In this document: in pieces, positions 36,756-47,124 of the stretch
Layout of the letters: each line of letters begins with the position of its first letter
How positions within the stretch are numbered: the first letter of the stretch is position 1
NCBI GenBank assembly: GCA_902576115.1
Contig: CACGUE010000003.1
Location: 4,712-68,711 of the forward strand
Direction: 5' to 3'
Source of the DNA: an uncultured Pelagibacteraceae bacterium
Lineage (GTDB): Bacteria; Pseudomonadota; Alphaproteobacteria; Pelagibacterales; Pelagibacteraceae
Length of the DNA: 64,000 nucleotides
Notes under the pieces: generated by a model
Databases searched by the model: none
Seen by the model: the letters and a program-made list of their open reading frames with translations, nothing else
Told to the model about the DNA's origin: nothing
Made by a program: the position numbers and the translations under genes

Positions 36756-37651
36756 CTTTTATTAAGTAATAAAATTAGTACACCTAATACAAATATAATT
36801 ATCCCTAAAATTTCTGTAATTTTGACTTTTTCTTTAAACATATACTTTGAGGATACGTAGCTGAACAATAATTCTATTTGACCTACAGCTCTTACAAATG
36901 ATGATTGTATTAACGTAAAGGCATAAAACCAAGATAATGTTGCTAGAAAACCAGCAAACCCTGCTATCAAACATTCATACTTGTTTTCATATAACTTTTT
37001 AAACTGTGACTTTTCAAATATAATTAAATAAAGACTAATTAATGTAGTTTGTATAACTAGACCAAAAAAGAGTGTTGCTATAGCTTTTTCAAAGTTGTTA
37101 CTAAAATTTTCCAATGTTAATGCTGCTGCTCTAAAATATACAACGCTTACACCTAAGAATAGACCTGCAGACAAACCGATTAAAGTTGTTTTTGAAAATA
37201 AGTTTTTTAGAAATAAACTTAAGTCTTTAATCGATAGTATAATTACTCCAATTGTAGACACAATAATTCCTGTTATTCCAAATTTATTTAATTTGTCCCC
37301 TATTATCAAATACTCAAAAATTGCAACCTGAATAACTTCGGTCTTGCTTAAAGAAGTTCCAACAACAAAATTAGCAAATCTAAATAAGTAAAGTAAAATA
37401 AATGTAAATATTATTTGAAATATTGAACCTAATAATACATTAAATATAAATTTTTTTTGACTTAGGATTTCGGGGATTATATTTAAGTCTTGAAAATACA
37501 AAAAAAATAAAATTGTCACAAATGGTAATGCAAAAGCAAATCTTACATAAGTAGATGCAATAGTTGATACTTTTTGATTAAGTTTTTTCTGTAAAGTTGA
37601 TCTAAGATTTTGAAAAAAAGCCCCAGAAATAGCTACAATTATCCAATTCAT
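36752..37651 (-). CDS. DMT/EamA family transporter
   Basis: 10-TM duplicated pattern, SKTEVIQ, VRAVGQIE. Confidence 0.82.
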   Translation of the reverse strand: MNWIIVAISGAFFQNLRSTLQKKLNQKVSTIASTYVRFAFALPFVTILFFLYFQDLNIIPEILSQKKFIFNVLLGSIFQIIFTFILLYLFRFANFVVGTSLSKTEVIQVAIFEYLIIGDKLNKFGITGIIVSTIGVIILSIKDLSLFLKNLFSKTTLIGLSAGLFLGVSVVYFRAAALTLENFSNNFEKAIATLFFGLVIQTTLISLYLIIFEKSQFKKLYENKYECLIAGFAGFLATLSWFYAFTLIQSSFVRAVGQIELLFSYVSSKYMFKEKVKITEILGIIIFVLGVLILLLNKS

Positions 37652-37726
37652 TGGTGATTATTAATATTGTATTTAATTTTAAAGTCGACTTAAATAGTCT
37701 CATTTAACAAAAAAGAGGGAAATAAC

Positions 37727-38716
37727 ATGAAAATCTTTAAAAGAATAATATTTTCTCTAATTTTCGTTTCTTTTGCCAGTGCAAGTTTGGCGGAAACAAA
37801 AATGAGAATTACACTTCAATTACCATTAAAGGCTCACTTAGGTCAGAACCTTTTGGTATTTAAAAAAGAATTAGAATCAAGATCAGACATTAAAGTAGAG
37901 ATTTATGACTCTGCACAACTTTACAAAGATAAAGAGGTTCCGCAAGCTGTAGGTTCGGGAGCGATCGAGGCTGGTGTTGCATCTATAACAAGATTTGCGG
38001 GAACTAATCCTGAAGTTGATGTTTTCTATCTTCCATTCTTATTTGATTCAGAACAAAAAGTAAGAAAAGCAACTCAAGCTGGTTCTGAGATAAGAGCTAT
38101 TCTTGATCCTGCAATAGCAAAGACTGGAGCAGTTCCACTTTATTATCAAGCTTATGGATCAGCAATAATGTTATCTAATGGTGGTCCGATGAAAACTCCG
38201 GCTGACTTTAAAGATAAAAAAATTAGAGTATTTGGAAAAACACTTGGAGCTTTTGTAAGTTCTTTAGGCGGTAAACCAGCATTAATATCTGGATCTGAAC
38301 AATATTTAGCTTACCAAAGAAATACAGTTGATGCAGGTATGACTGGTGTATCTGGTGTAAAATCTAGAAAATTATATCAGGTAATGGATACTTTAACAGT
38401 TACAAATCATGGCGATATCGAATTCGTTGTTGTTGCTAATGACAAATGGCTAAGCTCATTAACTCAAAAACAAAGAGACGCTATATCTGAAGCATCAAAA
38501 GTAGCTGAAAAAGCTGTAAGGGATGATATGGCTAACATCGAAGCTGGTGCTTATAAAGAAGCAAAAGAAAATGGAATGAACATTGTAAACCTAAGTAGTT
38601 CTGAAGTTTCTGCTCTTAAAAAAGCATCATCATCTGTTATTGATGATTACATTTCAAGAACAGGTGGAGCTGGTGGAGTTGGTGATCAACTTGTAAAAGC
38701 TGCAAACAAACTTTAA
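37727..38716 (+). CDS. dctP: TRAP transporter substrate-binding protein
   Basis: Signal peptide, VEIYDSAQL, LPFLF, KKIRV. Confidence 0.9.
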   Translation: MKIFKRIIFSLIFVSFASASLAETKMRITLQLPLKAHLGQNLLVFKKELESRSDIKVEIYDSAQLYKDKEVPQAVGSGAIEAGVASITRFAGTNPEVDVFYLPFLFDSEQKVRKATQAGSEIRAILDPAIAKTGAVPLYYQAYGSAIMLSNGGPMKTPADFKDKKIRVFGKTLGAFVSSLGGKPALISGSEQYLAYQRNTVDAGMTGVSGVKSRKLYQVMDTLTVTNHGDIEFVVVANDKWLSSLTQKQRDAISEASKVAEKAVRDDMANIEAGAYKEAKENGMNIVNLSSSEVSALKKASSSVIDDYISRTGGAGGVGDQLVKAANKL

Positions 38717-38727
38717 ATCATATAAAT

Positions 38728-38752
38728 ACCCCGCACTTAAGTGCGGGGTTTT
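38728..38752 (+). terminator. Stem-loop after dctP
   Basis: ACCCCGCACTTAAGTGCGGGGT, a perfect 22-bp palindrome followed by TTT. Confidence 0.75.
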
Positions 38753-38755
38753 CAA

Positions 38756-39232
38756 ATGAATATCTACGACAAAATTGTAAAATATTCTGGCTATTTAGCA
38801 TCAGCGTTATTTATTATGATAGGCTTTATAGTTTCTTATGAAGTTATCATGAGATACATATTTAATTCACCTACTATTTGGGTAAATGAAATTTCTCGAT
38901 TTTTACAAATTTGGGCTACTTATTTAGCTTTAACTTATACTTTTCATAAAAATGATTTTATCAGAATAACAGTTATATATGACAAAGTAGGAGATAAAGG
39001 AAAAAAGATATTAGATTTAATAAGTGCAATATTCATTTTAATTTTTAGTGGATTTGTACTTTATTATGGATGGTTAATTGCTTATGACTCTCTTAAAGTT
39101 GGGAGAACAAGCTCTACAATTTTAGATGTTCCATCATTTCTTACAGAATTTGCAATACCATTATGTTTTGCATTTTTGGTATTAAGAGTGCTTTTCGAAG
39201 TACCTAAATACATCAAAGATATAATTAAATGA
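38756..39232 (+). CDS. dctQ: TRAP transporter small permease
   Basis: EVIMRYIFNSPTIWVNEI; 4 TM; start moved to ATG 38756, outside the hairpin. Confidence 0.88.
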   Translation: MNIYDKIVKYSGYLASALFIMIGFIVSYEVIMRYIFNSPTIWVNEISRFLQIWATYLALTYTFHKNDFIRITVIYDKVGDKGKKILDLISAIFILIFSGFVLYYGWLIAYDSLKVGRTSSTILDVPSFLTEFAIPLCFAFLVLRVLFEVPKYIKDIIK

Positions 39233-40500
39233 CAGTAGCAATAATCTTATTTTTGTTATTTTTTGTACTTTTTTTAGGAGTGCCAATAGCATTTGGTTTA
39301 GGTTCTATAGGATTGGGTTTAATGTTATTTGGAGATATTTCTCCTTTAATGATCCCACAAACTTTTTACAGTGTGGCAGATAACTTTATTTTATTAGCCG
39401 TTCCGATGTTTTTGATGATGTCTAATATATTGTTAAAAGCAGGTGTTGGAGAAGATCTTTTTAATTTTGCTCAAAGCTGGGTTGGAAATTTTCCAGGTGG
39501 TTTAGCAATAGCAACTATAGTTTCTTGCAGTATTTTTGCTGCTATATCTGGATCATCAGTGGCTACTGCTGCAACAATCTCAACTGTAGCATTTCCTGCA
39601 ATGATTAATAGAGGTTATCACAGAAACTTTACTTTGGGTATTTTGGCAGCGGGTGGAACTTTAGGGATTTTAATTCCTCCATCAATTCCAATGATTGTAT
39701 ATGCATTTGTTGTAGAAGAGTCGGTACTAAGTATGTTTCTTGCAGGAATTGGACCTGGAATAGTTTTAGCTTTATTTTTTATTATATTTTCAGTTTTTTA
39801 CGTAAAATTTTTTAATAAAGAAGTTCAAAATGTATCCAGCACTTTAGAAGAAAAAATTAAATACACAAAAAGAGGTTTGCCAATATTATTAATGGCCTTC
39901 ATCATGCTGGGTGGAATTTATGCTGGAATTTATACGCCAACAGAAGCTGGTGGTATTGGTTTTTTAATATCATTTATCTATGTTGTGGCTAAAAAAAGAT
40001 TAGATTTTAAAGGTTTTATCGAAGCCGGTCTGGAGACAATGAAGACTACAGTTACAATATTTATAATTATTGCAGGAGCAAAAGTTTTTGGTAAAGCAAT
40101 TTCTCTTTATAGAATTCCTCAAGATTTATCATCTTTCATAGTTACTAATATTAATGAGACTGGTTTGTTTATACTTGTTGTTTGTATTACTTTGTTAATC
40201 TTAGGATTTATAATGGAAACTCTTTCATTAATTTTAATCATGATGCCTATATTTTCGATTTCAATCGCTGCAATGAATATTGATTTGATTTGGTTTGGAA
40301 TAATTTTTACATTAATGATTGAGTGCGCATTAATTACTCCTCCCGTAGGACTAAATATTTATGTTCTGCAAGCTATTGGTAAAGCAAAAATGTCAGAAAT
40401 AGCTAAAGGTGTGATACCTTTTGTCATTATAATGTTATTTACAGTATTTGTTATTTACTTATTCCCTGACCTGGCATTATATATACCTTTTAAATTATAA
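39229..40500 (+). CDS. dctM: TRAP transporter large permease
   Basis: AAISGSSVAT, GTLGILIPPSI, TPTEA, ITPPVGLN. Confidence 0.93.
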   Translation: MTVAIILFLLFFVLFLGVPIAFGLGSIGLGLMLFGDISPLMIPQTFYSVADNFILLAVPMFLMMSNILLKAGVGEDLFNFAQSWVGNFPGGLAIATIVSCSIFAAISGSSVATAATISTVAFPAMINRGYHRNFTLGILAAGGTLGILIPPSIPMIVYAFVVEESVLSMFLAGIGPGIVLALFFIIFSVFYVKFFNKEVQNVSSTLEEKIKYTKRGLPILLMAFIMLGGIYAGIYTPTEAGGIGFLISFIYVVAKKRLDFKGFIEAGLETMKTTVTIFIIIAGAKVFGKAISLYRIPQDLSSFIVTNINETGLFILVVCITLLILGFIMETLSLILIMMPIFSISIAAMNIDLIWFGIIFTLMIECALITPPVGLNIYVLQAIGKAKMSEIAKGVIPFVIIMLFTVFVIYLFPDLALYIPFKL

Positions 40501-40502
40501 TT

Positions 40503-41378
40503 ATGTTTTCAAAAATAAAATCAAAAGATAAAGCAGAACAACTAAGAAAATTATTAAATGGACCAGAAATAATTGTAATGCCCGGTTGCTTTGATGCGTT
40601 ATCAGCAAAATTAATTGAAAGAGAAGGTTTGAAAGTTGGGTTTATGTCTGGCTTCAGTGTTTCATCAACAAAACTTGGTATGCCGGACACAGGTTTAATT
40701 TCTTTTTCTGAAATGGCAGAACAAGTAAGAAATATATGTAATGCTACATCAATTCCAATAATATTTGATGGGGATACTGGATATGGAAATTCAGTAAACG
40801 TATTTAGAACTGTAAGAGGGTATGCGGACGCGGGAGCAGCTGGTGTGATGATTGAAGACCAAAAGTGGCCAAAAAAATGTGGTCACACAAAGGGAAAAGA
40901 TGTTGTCGATCTTGATGAAGCTAACTCAAGAATTAAAGCTGCAGTGGATGCAAGAGAGTATGGAAATAAAGATATCTTAATAATGGCAAGAACTGATGCC
41001 ATAGCAACTAGAGGATTAGATGATGCAATTAAAAGAATGCAATCATTTTCAAAACTTGGTGTTGATATTTTATTTATTGAAGCTGTTAAAAATAAAGAAG
41101 ATATGAAAAGAATTATTAAAGAAGTTCCAGGTCATCACATGTTAAATTTAATCGAAGATGGTGAAACCCCATTATTAGAAATTAATGAAATAGAGGAAAT
41201 TGGTTATAAAATTGCTGTAATGCCTCTAACCCTAATGAGTGCATCAGTAAAAACGATGCAAGAATGCTTGAATAATATGAAAAAAAAAGTTTATAATAAA
41301 AATATTTCTAAATTTTCAGACTTAAGAGATATAGTTGGCTTCAACGAATATTACGATATTGAAGACAAATATAAATAA
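40503..41378 (+). CDS. Isocitrate lyase/PEP mutase superfamily lyase (PrpB/dimethylmalate lyase-like)
   Basis: DGDTGYG, IEDQKWPKKCGH, ARTDA. Confidence 0.85.
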   Translation: MFSKIKSKDKAEQLRKLLNGPEIIVMPGCFDALSAKLIEREGLKVGFMSGFSVSSTKLGMPDTGLISFSEMAEQVRNICNATSIPIIFDGDTGYGNSVNVFRTVRGYADAGAAGVMIEDQKWPKKCGHTKGKDVVDLDEANSRIKAAVDAREYGNKDILIMARTDAIATRGLDDAIKRMQSFSKLGVDILFIEAVKNKEDMKRIIKEVPGHHMLNLIEDGETPLLEINEIEEIGYKIAVMPLTLMSASVKTMQECLNNMKKKVYNKNISKFSDLRDIVGFNEYYDIEDKYK

Positions 41379-41599
41379 TGTTTCCAAAAAAATTTTCTAA
41401 AATTCTTTTCGTTTTTTTTATGGGTTTAGGAATGAGTTTGTTAATGACCCTAATTATTACATTTATAAATACAGGTTATGATGAATTTTATTATAAAAGA
41501 TTTTTCAAAGCTTGGTCTATTAGTTTGCCAGTTGCATTAGTTGCAACGACTTTTGTTGCACCATTGGTTAATAAATTAGTGGAAAAAATTACTAAATAG
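41378..41599 (+). CDS. DUF2798-like small membrane protein
   Basis: 73 aa, MSLLMT, KAWSISLPVA, PLVNKLV. Confidence 0.7.
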   Translation: MFPKKFSKILFVFFMGLGMSLLMTLIITFINTGYDEFYYKRFFKAWSISLPVALVATTFVAPLVNKLVEKITK

Positions 41600-41611
41600 A
41601 GAGGATGTCAT

Positions 41612-42526
41612 ATGAGTGAAAATATAGCTTTTATAGGAGTTGGTAATATGGGAAACCCAATGGCCTGTAATTTAAAGAATGCAGGGAAAAAAGTTAAGGT
41701 TTTTGATGTTTCTAAAGAAATGATTGATAAAGCCATTGAAAATAATCTTGATGTTGAGAAGGATTTTGGAAAATTAATCAATAGTGAAACATCTGTTGTA
41801 ATCACTATGCTGCCTGAGGGTAAACATTCAAAAGAAGTTTATTTAAAAGAAAATGGTGTTCTAGATAAAGTTTCTAAAAATTGTCTACTAATAGATTGTT
41901 CAACAATCGATATAGATACTTCTAAAGAAATAGGAAAGAAAGCAAATGAAAAAGGTATTAAGATGATTGATGCACCAGTAAGTGGTGGAGTGATGGGTGC
42001 ACAAAAAGCAACTTTAAATATTATGGTCGGTGGATCAAATGATGCATTTAATCAAGCTTTACCTATTTTAAAATTAATGGGTAAAAACATATATCATGCT
42101 GGAGAGATAGGAAGTGGAAACGGTGCAAAGATTTGTAACAATATGTCTCTTGGAATAACAATGATTGCTGCTTCAGAGTCATTAATGTTAGCAAGAAGGT
42201 TGAATATAGATATAAAGAAAGTTCATGAAATTATGAAAAATGCCTCTGGAAATAGCTGGCCTATTTCAGTATATCCACCCTTACCTGGATTAATTGAAGG
42301 TACTCCATCTAACAATAAATATAAGCCTGGATTTTCTGCAGGTATGATGAACAAAGATTTAAAGCTTGCAAATGAATGTGCTAAAAATGCAAATGCATCT
42401 ACTCCATTAGGAAAAATGGCATTAGAAATATATTCTAAGTTTTGTGAGGATGGAAACGGTTCGAAAGATTTTTCTGCTATATCAAAGGTTATTGGTGGAG
42501 ATGCTTGGGATTATCCAATAGAATAA
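41612..42526 (+). CDS. mmsB: 3-hydroxyisobutyrate dehydrogenase
   Basis: GVGNMGNPMA, ITMLP, DAPVSGG, AKICNNM, YPPLPG. Confidence 0.88.
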   Translation: MSENIAFIGVGNMGNPMACNLKNAGKKVKVFDVSKEMIDKAIENNLDVEKDFGKLINSETSVVITMLPEGKHSKEVYLKENGVLDKVSKNCLLIDCSTIDIDTSKEIGKKANEKGIKMIDAPVSGGVMGAQKATLNIMVGGSNDAFNQALPILKLMGKNIYHAGEIGSGNGAKICNNMSLGITMIAASESLMLARRLNIDIKKVHEIMKNASGNSWPISVYPPLPGLIEGTPSNNKYKPGFSAGMMNKDLKLANECAKNANASTPLGKMALEIYSKFCEDGNGSKDFSAISKVIGGDAWDYPIE

Positions 42527-43099
42527 TTACCAAGAGGAATTTGGACTTTCTAAAAATTTTAACTCATCTGGTGTAGATTTTCTTCCCATAACTTTATTTC
42601 GATGAGGATATCTATGAAATCGTTTAATTGCAGCTGTATGATCTTTCCAAAATTTTTTAATCTCATTATAGTCTGGATGGTTAGATAAATAGTTATCTAA
42701 CAATTTATATGCTCTATCATGATCTATAACTTCTTCGCTATGAATGTATGGCAGTAGCATGAAAAAACGTTGATATTCATCCATTTGATCAAGATACCCG
42801 TTATAGACTGCATCATTTACAATCAGTCTTGCTTTATGGTCAAACTCGAAGGCTTTTTTATCATCTCTATATAAATTTCTTGAAAATTGATCCAATAAAA
42901 TAACTAAAGCTAGAGTGCTTAATGGTTCATCTTGCCAATCATCATATTCATTCAAAGTAGCTTTCTCATGATCATCTTTAAATTTGTCTCTAATCAATTG
43001 ATCAAAATTATCATCTCTTTTAAATCGTTTTTCAACGACCATATCATCAAACCAAAAATCTAATATTGCTTTGGCTTTATCATTCATAAACTTTATCAA
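42527..43099 (-). CDS. DUF924 family protein
   Basis: ILDFWF, LLDQFSRN, LPYIHSE, RYPHRN. Confidence 0.88.
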   Translation of the reverse strand: MIKFMNDKAKAILDFWFDDMVVEKRFKRDDNFDQLIRDKFKDDHEKATLNEYDDWQDEPLSTLALVILLDQFSRNLYRDDKKAFEFDHKARLIVNDAVYNGYLDQMDEYQRFFMLLPYIHSEEVIDHDRAYKLLDNYLSNHPDYNEIKKFWKDHTAAIKRFHRYPHRNKVMGRKSTPDELKFLESPNSSW

Positions 43100-43472
43100 C
43101 TTTTACCTGATACGATTCTACAAGTCTGTTGGTTTCATTTGCCATTGCAACGACTGCAATAAGTTCACTTAACATCTCAGTAGTAGCACCTTTAGATTTA
43201 GCAGCGATACTGTGAGATTTAATACAATACTCACAACTATTTGTCATTGAAACTGCAACATAAATAAGCTCTTTTGTCATTTCATCTAAAGCGCCTTTTT
43301 TCATCACTTGCTGTATAGAAGTCCAAGTTCTCTCTAAAGTTTCTGGGTTGTTGGCTAACATTTTCCAAAAATTGTTTATGTAGTCTGTATTTCTCTTCTT
43401 TTTAATATCTTCAAATACCTCTTTTACCTTTCCTGTAGCATCAGCTTCTTCAATCATATTAAAAACTGCCAT
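43080..43472 (-). CDS. Carboxymuconolactone decarboxylase / AhpD-like protein
   Basis: KELIYVAVSMTNSCEYCIKSH. Confidence 0.88.
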   Translation of the reverse strand: MAVFNMIEEADATGKVKEVFEDIKKKRNTDYINNFWKMLANNPETLERTWTSIQQVMKKGALDEMTKELIYVAVSMTNSCEYCIKSHSIAAKSKGATTEMLSELIAVVAMANETNRLVESYQVKVDKVYE

Positions 43473-43481
43473 TTCACCTCC

Positions 43482-45164
43482 TTAATTGTAAATTGTTTCT
43501 ATTTTAGGCATTAATCTTAATAATTCCTTAGTATATTCATGATTTGGATTTTTAAACAACTCTTCTGTCTCAGACACCTCGCATAGTTTTCCATTCCTTA
43601 AAACTCCAATTTCATCACACATTTGTCGTACAACTGGTAGATCATGACTTATAAAAAGTATAGTTAAATTAAGTTGCTCCTGTAAATCTTTAAGTAAATT
43701 TAGTATTTGGGCCTGGATACTCACATCCAAAGCAGATGTTGGTTCATCACAAACTAACAGTCTTGGTTTTGTTGCTAACGCTCTTGCAATAGAAATTCTT
43801 TGTCTTTGTCCTCCCGAAAACTCATGCGGATATCTCTCAGCTGAAGACTTAGATAACTCCACAGAGTCTAAGAGATCATTTATATATTCATTTAATTCAT
43901 TAGAATTGATATTTGTATCATGCAACTTTATAGGCTCAGCAATGATATCTTTAACCTTAAGTCTACCATTCAACGAAGAGTATGGATCTTGAAATATCAT
44001 TTGAATTTGTTTTCTAAATTTAAGTAACTCTTTGTTACTTTTTATATTATTAATACATACATCATCAAAATAAATTTCACCTGAGCTTGGTTTAAATAAA
44101 TTAACAATCATTTTTGCAATTGTAGTCTTTCCACTGCCACTTTCACCAACAAGTCCAAAAGATTTTCCTTCTTGTATGTTAAATGAAACAGTATCAACTG
44201 CTAATACATTATTTTGAGATTTCTCTGTAAAAAAACCTTCATTAAAAGTTTTACAGAGATTTTTTATTTGAACTAAATCTTTTTTTAAAATCTCTCTTTT
44301 ATTCCATCTGTTTAAAATTTTTAAATTAATATTTTCCTGGTTATTACTTTCTTTCTCTATAATTTTAAATCTGGATATTTTTTTATTTGTGGGAGGAACA
44401 GAGCTAACTAAACTTTTTGTATAAGTTTCTTTTGGTTCTGTTAAAATTTGCTTTGTTGTTCCCAATTCTACCAAATTACCATTTTTCATTACTGCAACTC
44501 TATTGGTAGTCTCTGCTATAACTCCCATATCATGTGTAATTAATATAACTGCTAAATTTCTCTCTTTAGTCAGCTTTTTGATAAGTTCTAATATTTGTGA
44601 TTGTATTGACACATCAAGTGCAGTTGTGGGCTCATCTGCAATTAACAACTCTGGTTCACAACATAGAGAAAGTGATATAACAACTCTTTGTCTCATACCT
44701 CCTGAAAATTGATGAGGATAATCATTAAATCTTTTTTCAGCATCTTTTATGCCTACTTCTTTTAAAAGATTTATTGATTTTTCTTTTGCTTCTGAGTTAC
44801 TGAGGTTTAGATGAGTTTGGATTGTTTCAATAAGCTGTTGTCCAATTGTTAAGATAGGATTTAAAGATGTCTGGGGATCTTGAAAAATAAATCCAATTTT
44901 TTTTCCTCTTAAACTTAAAATATTTTTTTTATTTTCATGAATATTTATGTCGCTTAAATAAATTGATCCTTCAGATACTTTCCCTGGTTCGTCAATTAAA
45001 TCAATTATTGCATTTGCTACCGTACTTTTTCCAGACCCAGATTCCCCAACTAATCCTACAATTTCTCCTCTTTTTATCTCAATATTAATGTCTTTTGCAG
45101 CATGAACCGTCTCTTTTCTCAATTTATAATCCACGCTTAAATTTTGTATTTTTAAAAAACTCAT
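43482..45164 (-). CDS. Peptide/nickel ABC transporter, fused dual ATPase
   Basis: Two GESGSGK motifs, YPHQFSGGMRQR and YPHEFSGGQRQR. Confidence 0.93.
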   Translation of the reverse strand: MSFLKIQNLSVDYKLRKETVHAAKDINIEIKRGEIVGLVGESGSGKSTVANAIIDLIDEPGKVSEGSIYLSDINIHENKKNILSLRGKKIGFIFQDPQTSLNPILTIGQQLIETIQTHLNLSNSEAKEKSINLLKEVGIKDAEKRFNDYPHQFSGGMRQRVVISLSLCCEPELLIADEPTTALDVSIQSQILELIKKLTKERNLAVILITHDMGVIAETTNRVAVMKNGNLVELGTTKQILTEPKETYTKSLVSSVPPTNKKISRFKIIEKESNNQENINLKILNRWNKREILKKDLVQIKNLCKTFNEGFFTEKSQNNVLAVDTVSFNIQEGKSFGLVGESGSGKTTIAKMIVNLFKPSSGEIYFDDVCINNIKSNKELLKFRKQIQMIFQDPYSSLNGRLKVKDIIAEPIKLHDTNINSNELNEYINDLLDSVELSKSSAERYPHEFSGGQRQRISIARALATKPRLLVCDEPTSALDVSIQAQILNLLKDLQEQLNLTILFISHDLPVVRQMCDEIGVLRNGKLCEVSETEELFKNPNHEYTKELLRLMPKIETIYN

Positions 45165-46090
45165 TTTTTCAATTTAGGATTAAGTGTGTCTCTCATCCAG
45201 TCTCCTAATAGATTAATGGAAAAAGCTAAAACAACTAAGAATATTGCTGGGAAAAAGGTAATCCACCATTCACCAGAAAATAAAAAGTCATTTCCAAGTC
45301 TAATTAAAGTTCCTAAAGAAGGAGTAGTTGGAGGAACGCCAACACCCAGAAAACTCAAGGTGGCTTCTGCAATGATTGCTAATGCAAGACCTATGGTTCC
45401 AATAACAAGTACTGGTCTCATTATATTTGGAAGAATATGCTTAAACATTACTATAAAATTAGAAACTCCAATGATTGTTGAAGCTGAAACATAATCTTTA
45501 TTTTTTTCAACTAAAGTTGCTGCTCTCGATACTCTCGCAAACTGTGGCCACTCTGAAATACCTATTGCAAAAATTAAAACATATATTGCCATCTCGTCAT
45601 GAAGTTCACGCGAAATTATACCTCGCGCAATACCATCAACCAGAAGAGCCATCAAAATACTTGGAACTGTTAACTGAACATCAGTTAATCTCATAACAAT
45701 CATTTCATACTTGCCACCAAAAAAACCAGCTGTAAGACCTAATCCAACTCCTAAAATTAAACTAAATAAAATTGCTGAGAAACCAACAATTAAAGATATT
45801 CTAGATCCATAAAGAATAGTCGATAACATATCTCTTCCTTGTCCATCAGTACCAAGTAAAAATTCTACTTTTCCTTCACTAGTCCAAGAGGGTGGAGTGA
45901 ATGCATCCATTAAAGATAAAGATGATGGATCGAATGGATTATAAGGTGTAATAAATTCTACAAAAAATGAACAAAAAAATATTATTGCTAATAAAATCGA
46001 TGAAACTATTGCTGTAGGAGATTTTATAAAACTGAAATAAATTTCACTATCTTTTATTTTATCCCAAGTTGTTAAAGCTTTATTATCCAC
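45161..46090 (-). CDS. Peptide ABC transporter permease (DppC-like)
   Basis: LLGTDGQGRD, KHILPN, LSFLGVG. Confidence 0.92.
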   Translation of the reverse strand: MDNKALTTWDKIKDSEIYFSFIKSPTAIVSSILLAIIFFCSFFVEFITPYNPFDPSSLSLMDAFTPPSWTSEGKVEFLLGTDGQGRDMLSTILYGSRISLIVGFSAILFSLILGVGLGLTAGFFGGKYEMIVMRLTDVQLTVPSILMALLVDGIARGIISRELHDEMAIYVLIFAIGISEWPQFARVSRAATLVEKNKDYVSASTIIGVSNFIVMFKHILPNIMRPVLVIGTIGLALAIIAEATLSFLGVGVPPTTPSLGTLIRLGNDFLFSGEWWITFFPAIFLVVLAFSINLLGDWMRDTLNPKLKK

Positions 46091-47066
46091 TAGCTGAATC
46101 TCCTTTAACTCTAATTCTTGGATCTATAAAGTAATACAAGATATCGACTATAAAATTTATCATTACAAAAACGAATGCTATAAATACTAAATATGCTGAC
46201 ATAATTGGAATATCTACAAACTGAACAGCTTGAATGAAAAGAAATCCCATGCCTGGCCATTGAAATACTGTTTCCGTAATTATTGAAAATGCAATTAATG
46301 TTCCAATATTTATTCCAGCAATAGTTATTACTGGAATTAGTCCATTTTTAAGTGCGTGCTTGTAATTAATACTTTTTTCATTAATGCCTCTGGCCCTTGC
46401 GAACTTTATGTAATCAGTCTGAAGTATTTCCATCATTTCAGCTCTAACGAGTCTGATTATATAAGTCATTTGAAAAAGGCTTAAAGTAATTGATGGTAAT
46501 ATAATTGCTTTTAAACCTGATATGGTTAAAAAGCCTGTCGACCAAAACCCAAGATCTACCACCTCGCCTCTTCCAAAAGATGGTAGAACGCCCAATATAA
46601 CTGCAAAAAGATAAATAAATAAAATACCAATTACGAAAGTTGGAAGAGAAACACCTAATAATGAAACTGCTAGTATAAAATCACTCAAAAAACCTTTTCT
46701 TTTTATGCCTGTATATACTCCCAATAAAGTACCTGAAACCAATGCAATTAGAGCAGAAATTAAAACTAATTCAATTGTTGCCGGTAATCTTTCAATGATT
46801 AATTCTGATACAGGTCTTCTTAATTGATAAGATATTCCAAATTCTCCTTTTGAGGCGTTAATTATAAACCTAGTAAATTGTACATGAATTGGGTCCATTA
46901 GACCCAAAGTTTCTCTTAACTCAGCTCTTTCTTCATCTGATGTTTCCTCACCCACCATGTTATTTATTGGGTCTCCTACAAAATTAAAAAGAGAGAAAGA
47001 TACAAAAGCTACGACAAGCATAACCATTGCAGATTGAAACAATCGTTTAAAAAAATACTTTATCAA
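46083..47066 (-). CDS. Peptide ABC transporter permease (DppB-like)
   Basis: RLPATIEL, DYIKFARARG, ETVFQWPGMG, DPRIR. TTG at 47066 preferred because the ORF-track start (47090) lies inside a hairpin. Confidence 0.9.
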   Translation of the reverse strand: MIKYFFKRLFQSAMVMLVVAFVSFSLFNFVGDPINNMVGEETSDEERAELRETLGLMDPIHVQFTRFIINASKGEFGISYQLRRPVSELIIERLPATIELVLISALIALVSGTLLGVYTGIKRKGFLSDFILAVSLLGVSLPTFVIGILFIYLFAVILGVLPSFGRGEVVDLGFWSTGFLTISGLKAIILPSITLSLFQMTYIIRLVRAEMMEILQTDYIKFARARGINEKSINYKHALKNGLIPVITIAGINIGTLIAFSIITETVFQWPGMGFLFIQAVQFVDIPIMSAYLVFIAFVFVMINFIVDILYYFIDPRIRVKGDSASG

Positions 47067-47085
47067 TTTATGAAATTTTATTTTA

Positions 47086-47115
47086 TACAAGCCCTTTAAT
47101 TAAAAAGGGCTTGTA
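47086..47115 (-). terminator. Stem-loop after the peptide SBP gene
   Basis: TACAAGCCCTTT-AATTAA-AAAGGGCTTGTA. Confidence 0.72.
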
Positions 47116-47124
47116 ATAAATTAT

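Noticed and set aside
37727-40500. TRAP system as the DHPS importer hpsKLM
   Set aside because: About 19 kb from hpsN and coupled to an unrelated lyase; nothing in the sequence specifies DHPS.
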